A stretch of DNA of 64,000 nucleotides from Syntrophaceae bacterium (GTDB lineage: Bacteria > Desulfobacterota > Syntrophia > Syntrophales > PHBD01). Location: contig JABLXX010000004.1 of the NCBI GenBank assembly GCA_013177825.1, positions 22,349 through 86,348 of the forward strand. The letters run 5' to 3'. Both the position numbers and the translations under genes were made by a program. Position 1 is the first letter of the stretch. Each line of letters opens with the position of its first letter. This document shows, piece after piece, positions 63,428-64,000 of this stretch. A model generated the notes under the pieces. That model was not told the origin of the DNA, did no database searches, and saw only the letters and a program-made list of their open reading frames with translations.

Positions 63428-64000
63428 ATGCTGAGTTTACTCAATTCATTTTCAAAACCGGCAAGCCTTAAACAACTCCCTCTCAAACGTCAACTAATCG
63501 ATTTTTCCCTGGACCGACTCGTTCGCGGGGTGGACAATATCCACATCGACGTTCACATAAGTCCTCAGTTTCAGAATGTCGTCAAACGCACGATTTCTCT
63601 TCTCGTCATTAAACATAGTGGTGCCGAAAACTATTTCAAAGATTATCAAAGAGAAAACCTTAAGAATGACATCAATACGTTGAGGAAGATCTGCAGCGAT
63701 GTTCTTCTGGACGGAATCAACCGGGCCAAATCGGCGGCGGAAGTTCAGATTGACTTGTTGGGGCAGATTTCTCTCGTAAAGTTCTTTATTGAGGAAATCA
63801 GGAACCAATATGAAACGTTTATCGCTAATTTTAAGGATATTATAAGAAGCTATGAATTATCCCTTGACCATGATTCGTACGAATCCTTTAAAATCAAAGA
63901 GAAGCTGAATGAATTAAACTACAACCAGAAGCGGATTCTTCTTCACGTCGGAGACGAGCTGTTCCGGTTGATGACCGAGGCCAACGGCGGAACTCTTCAT
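63428..64000 (+). CDS. Low-GC hypothetical protein, N-terminal 191 codons (3' end outside window)
   Basis: Frame open from the ATG at 63428 to the window end with no stop, so it is absent from the ORF track. It begins MLSLLNSFSKPASLKQLPLKRQLIDFSL... It competes with the 104-aa minus-strand ORF at 63494-63808. Confidence 0.55.
   Translation, partial: MLSLLNSFSKPASLKQLPLKRQLIDFSLDRLVRGVDNIHIDVHISPQFQNVVKRTISLLVIKHSGAENYFKDYQRENLKNDINTLRKICSDVLLDGINRAKSAAEVQIDLLGQISLVKFFIEEIRNQYETFIANFKDIIRSYELSLDHDSYESFKIKEKLNELNYNQKRILLHVGDELFRLMTEANGGTLH

Noticed and set aside
63494-63808. 104-aa minus-strand ORF in the terminal AT-rich segment.
   Set aside because: A longer + strand frame (63428 to the window end, 191 codons without a stop) covers it completely and looks more protein-like. 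Not fully excluded.
1-64000. Search for CRISPR arrays, rRNA or tRNA genes and obvious insertion sequences.
   Set aside because: No regularly spaced direct repeats, no tRNA-like cloverleaf candidates in the intergenic gaps examined, and no transposase-like ORFs were seen.

Overview
High-GC bacterial chromosome segment, visibly above 60% GC except for two AT-rich patches at about 54.8-56.4 kb and 63.1-64.0 kb. No rRNA, tRNA or CRISPR array was seen. Positions 1-39,964 form one co-directional (+ strand) flagellar super-cluster. It starts with fliF (5' truncated) and runs fliG-H-I-J, a MotE/YlxF-like gene, fliK, flgD, flgE, motA and two motB paralogs. It continues with fliL-M-N-O-P-Q-R, flhB, flhA, flhF, flhG and fliA. 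An eight-gene non-canonical block follows: receiver-TPR, a second FliL, a kinase, a pseudokinase, a small acidic protein, a DUF2802-like anchor-HTH protein, a FliK-like protein and a stand-alone FlhB C-terminal domain. The cluster ends with flgF-G-A-H-I, a rod-binding-only flgJ, flgM, flgN, flgK, flgL, two tandem short flagellins separated by an unknown ORF, flbT and flaF. The few intergenic gaps carry five near-consensus sigma54 (-24/-12) promoters and several sigma28 (FliA) promoters. Gene order and sigma54 dependence resemble Geobacter/Syntrophobacterales-type Deltaproteobacteria, but this is inference only. On the minus strand a Maf (DUF115)-TPR giant and a TPR protein follow. A sigma28-driven operon then encodes a small protein and a receiver-GAF-HD-GYP phosphodiesterase, followed by a stand-alone lytic transglycosylase. 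The last 17 kb is mixed. It holds a lipoprotein, an outer-membrane-like protein, a YihY/HD-GYP/Crp-Fnr operon with a perfect TTGAT-N4-ATCAA box, thioredoxin, an SBF/ACR3-like permease and dinB with a GAAC-N4-GTTC SOS box. It also holds a low-GC XRE-cupin regulator next to a 1-kb ORF-poor gap, a BKACE-SDR pair, unknown secreted, GAF and zinc-ribbon proteins, and a low-GC ORF running off the window. A MoxR(AAA_5)-VWA pair there is joined by an A10 tract containing an in-phase A AAA AAG slippery heptamer. The best novelty candidates are the eight-gene block between fliA and flgF, the Asp-less MotB paralog, the MoxR-VWA frameshift junction, and the sigma28-coupled HD-GYP operon. All functional calls come from reading the translated ORFs and motifs by eye. 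No database search was run.
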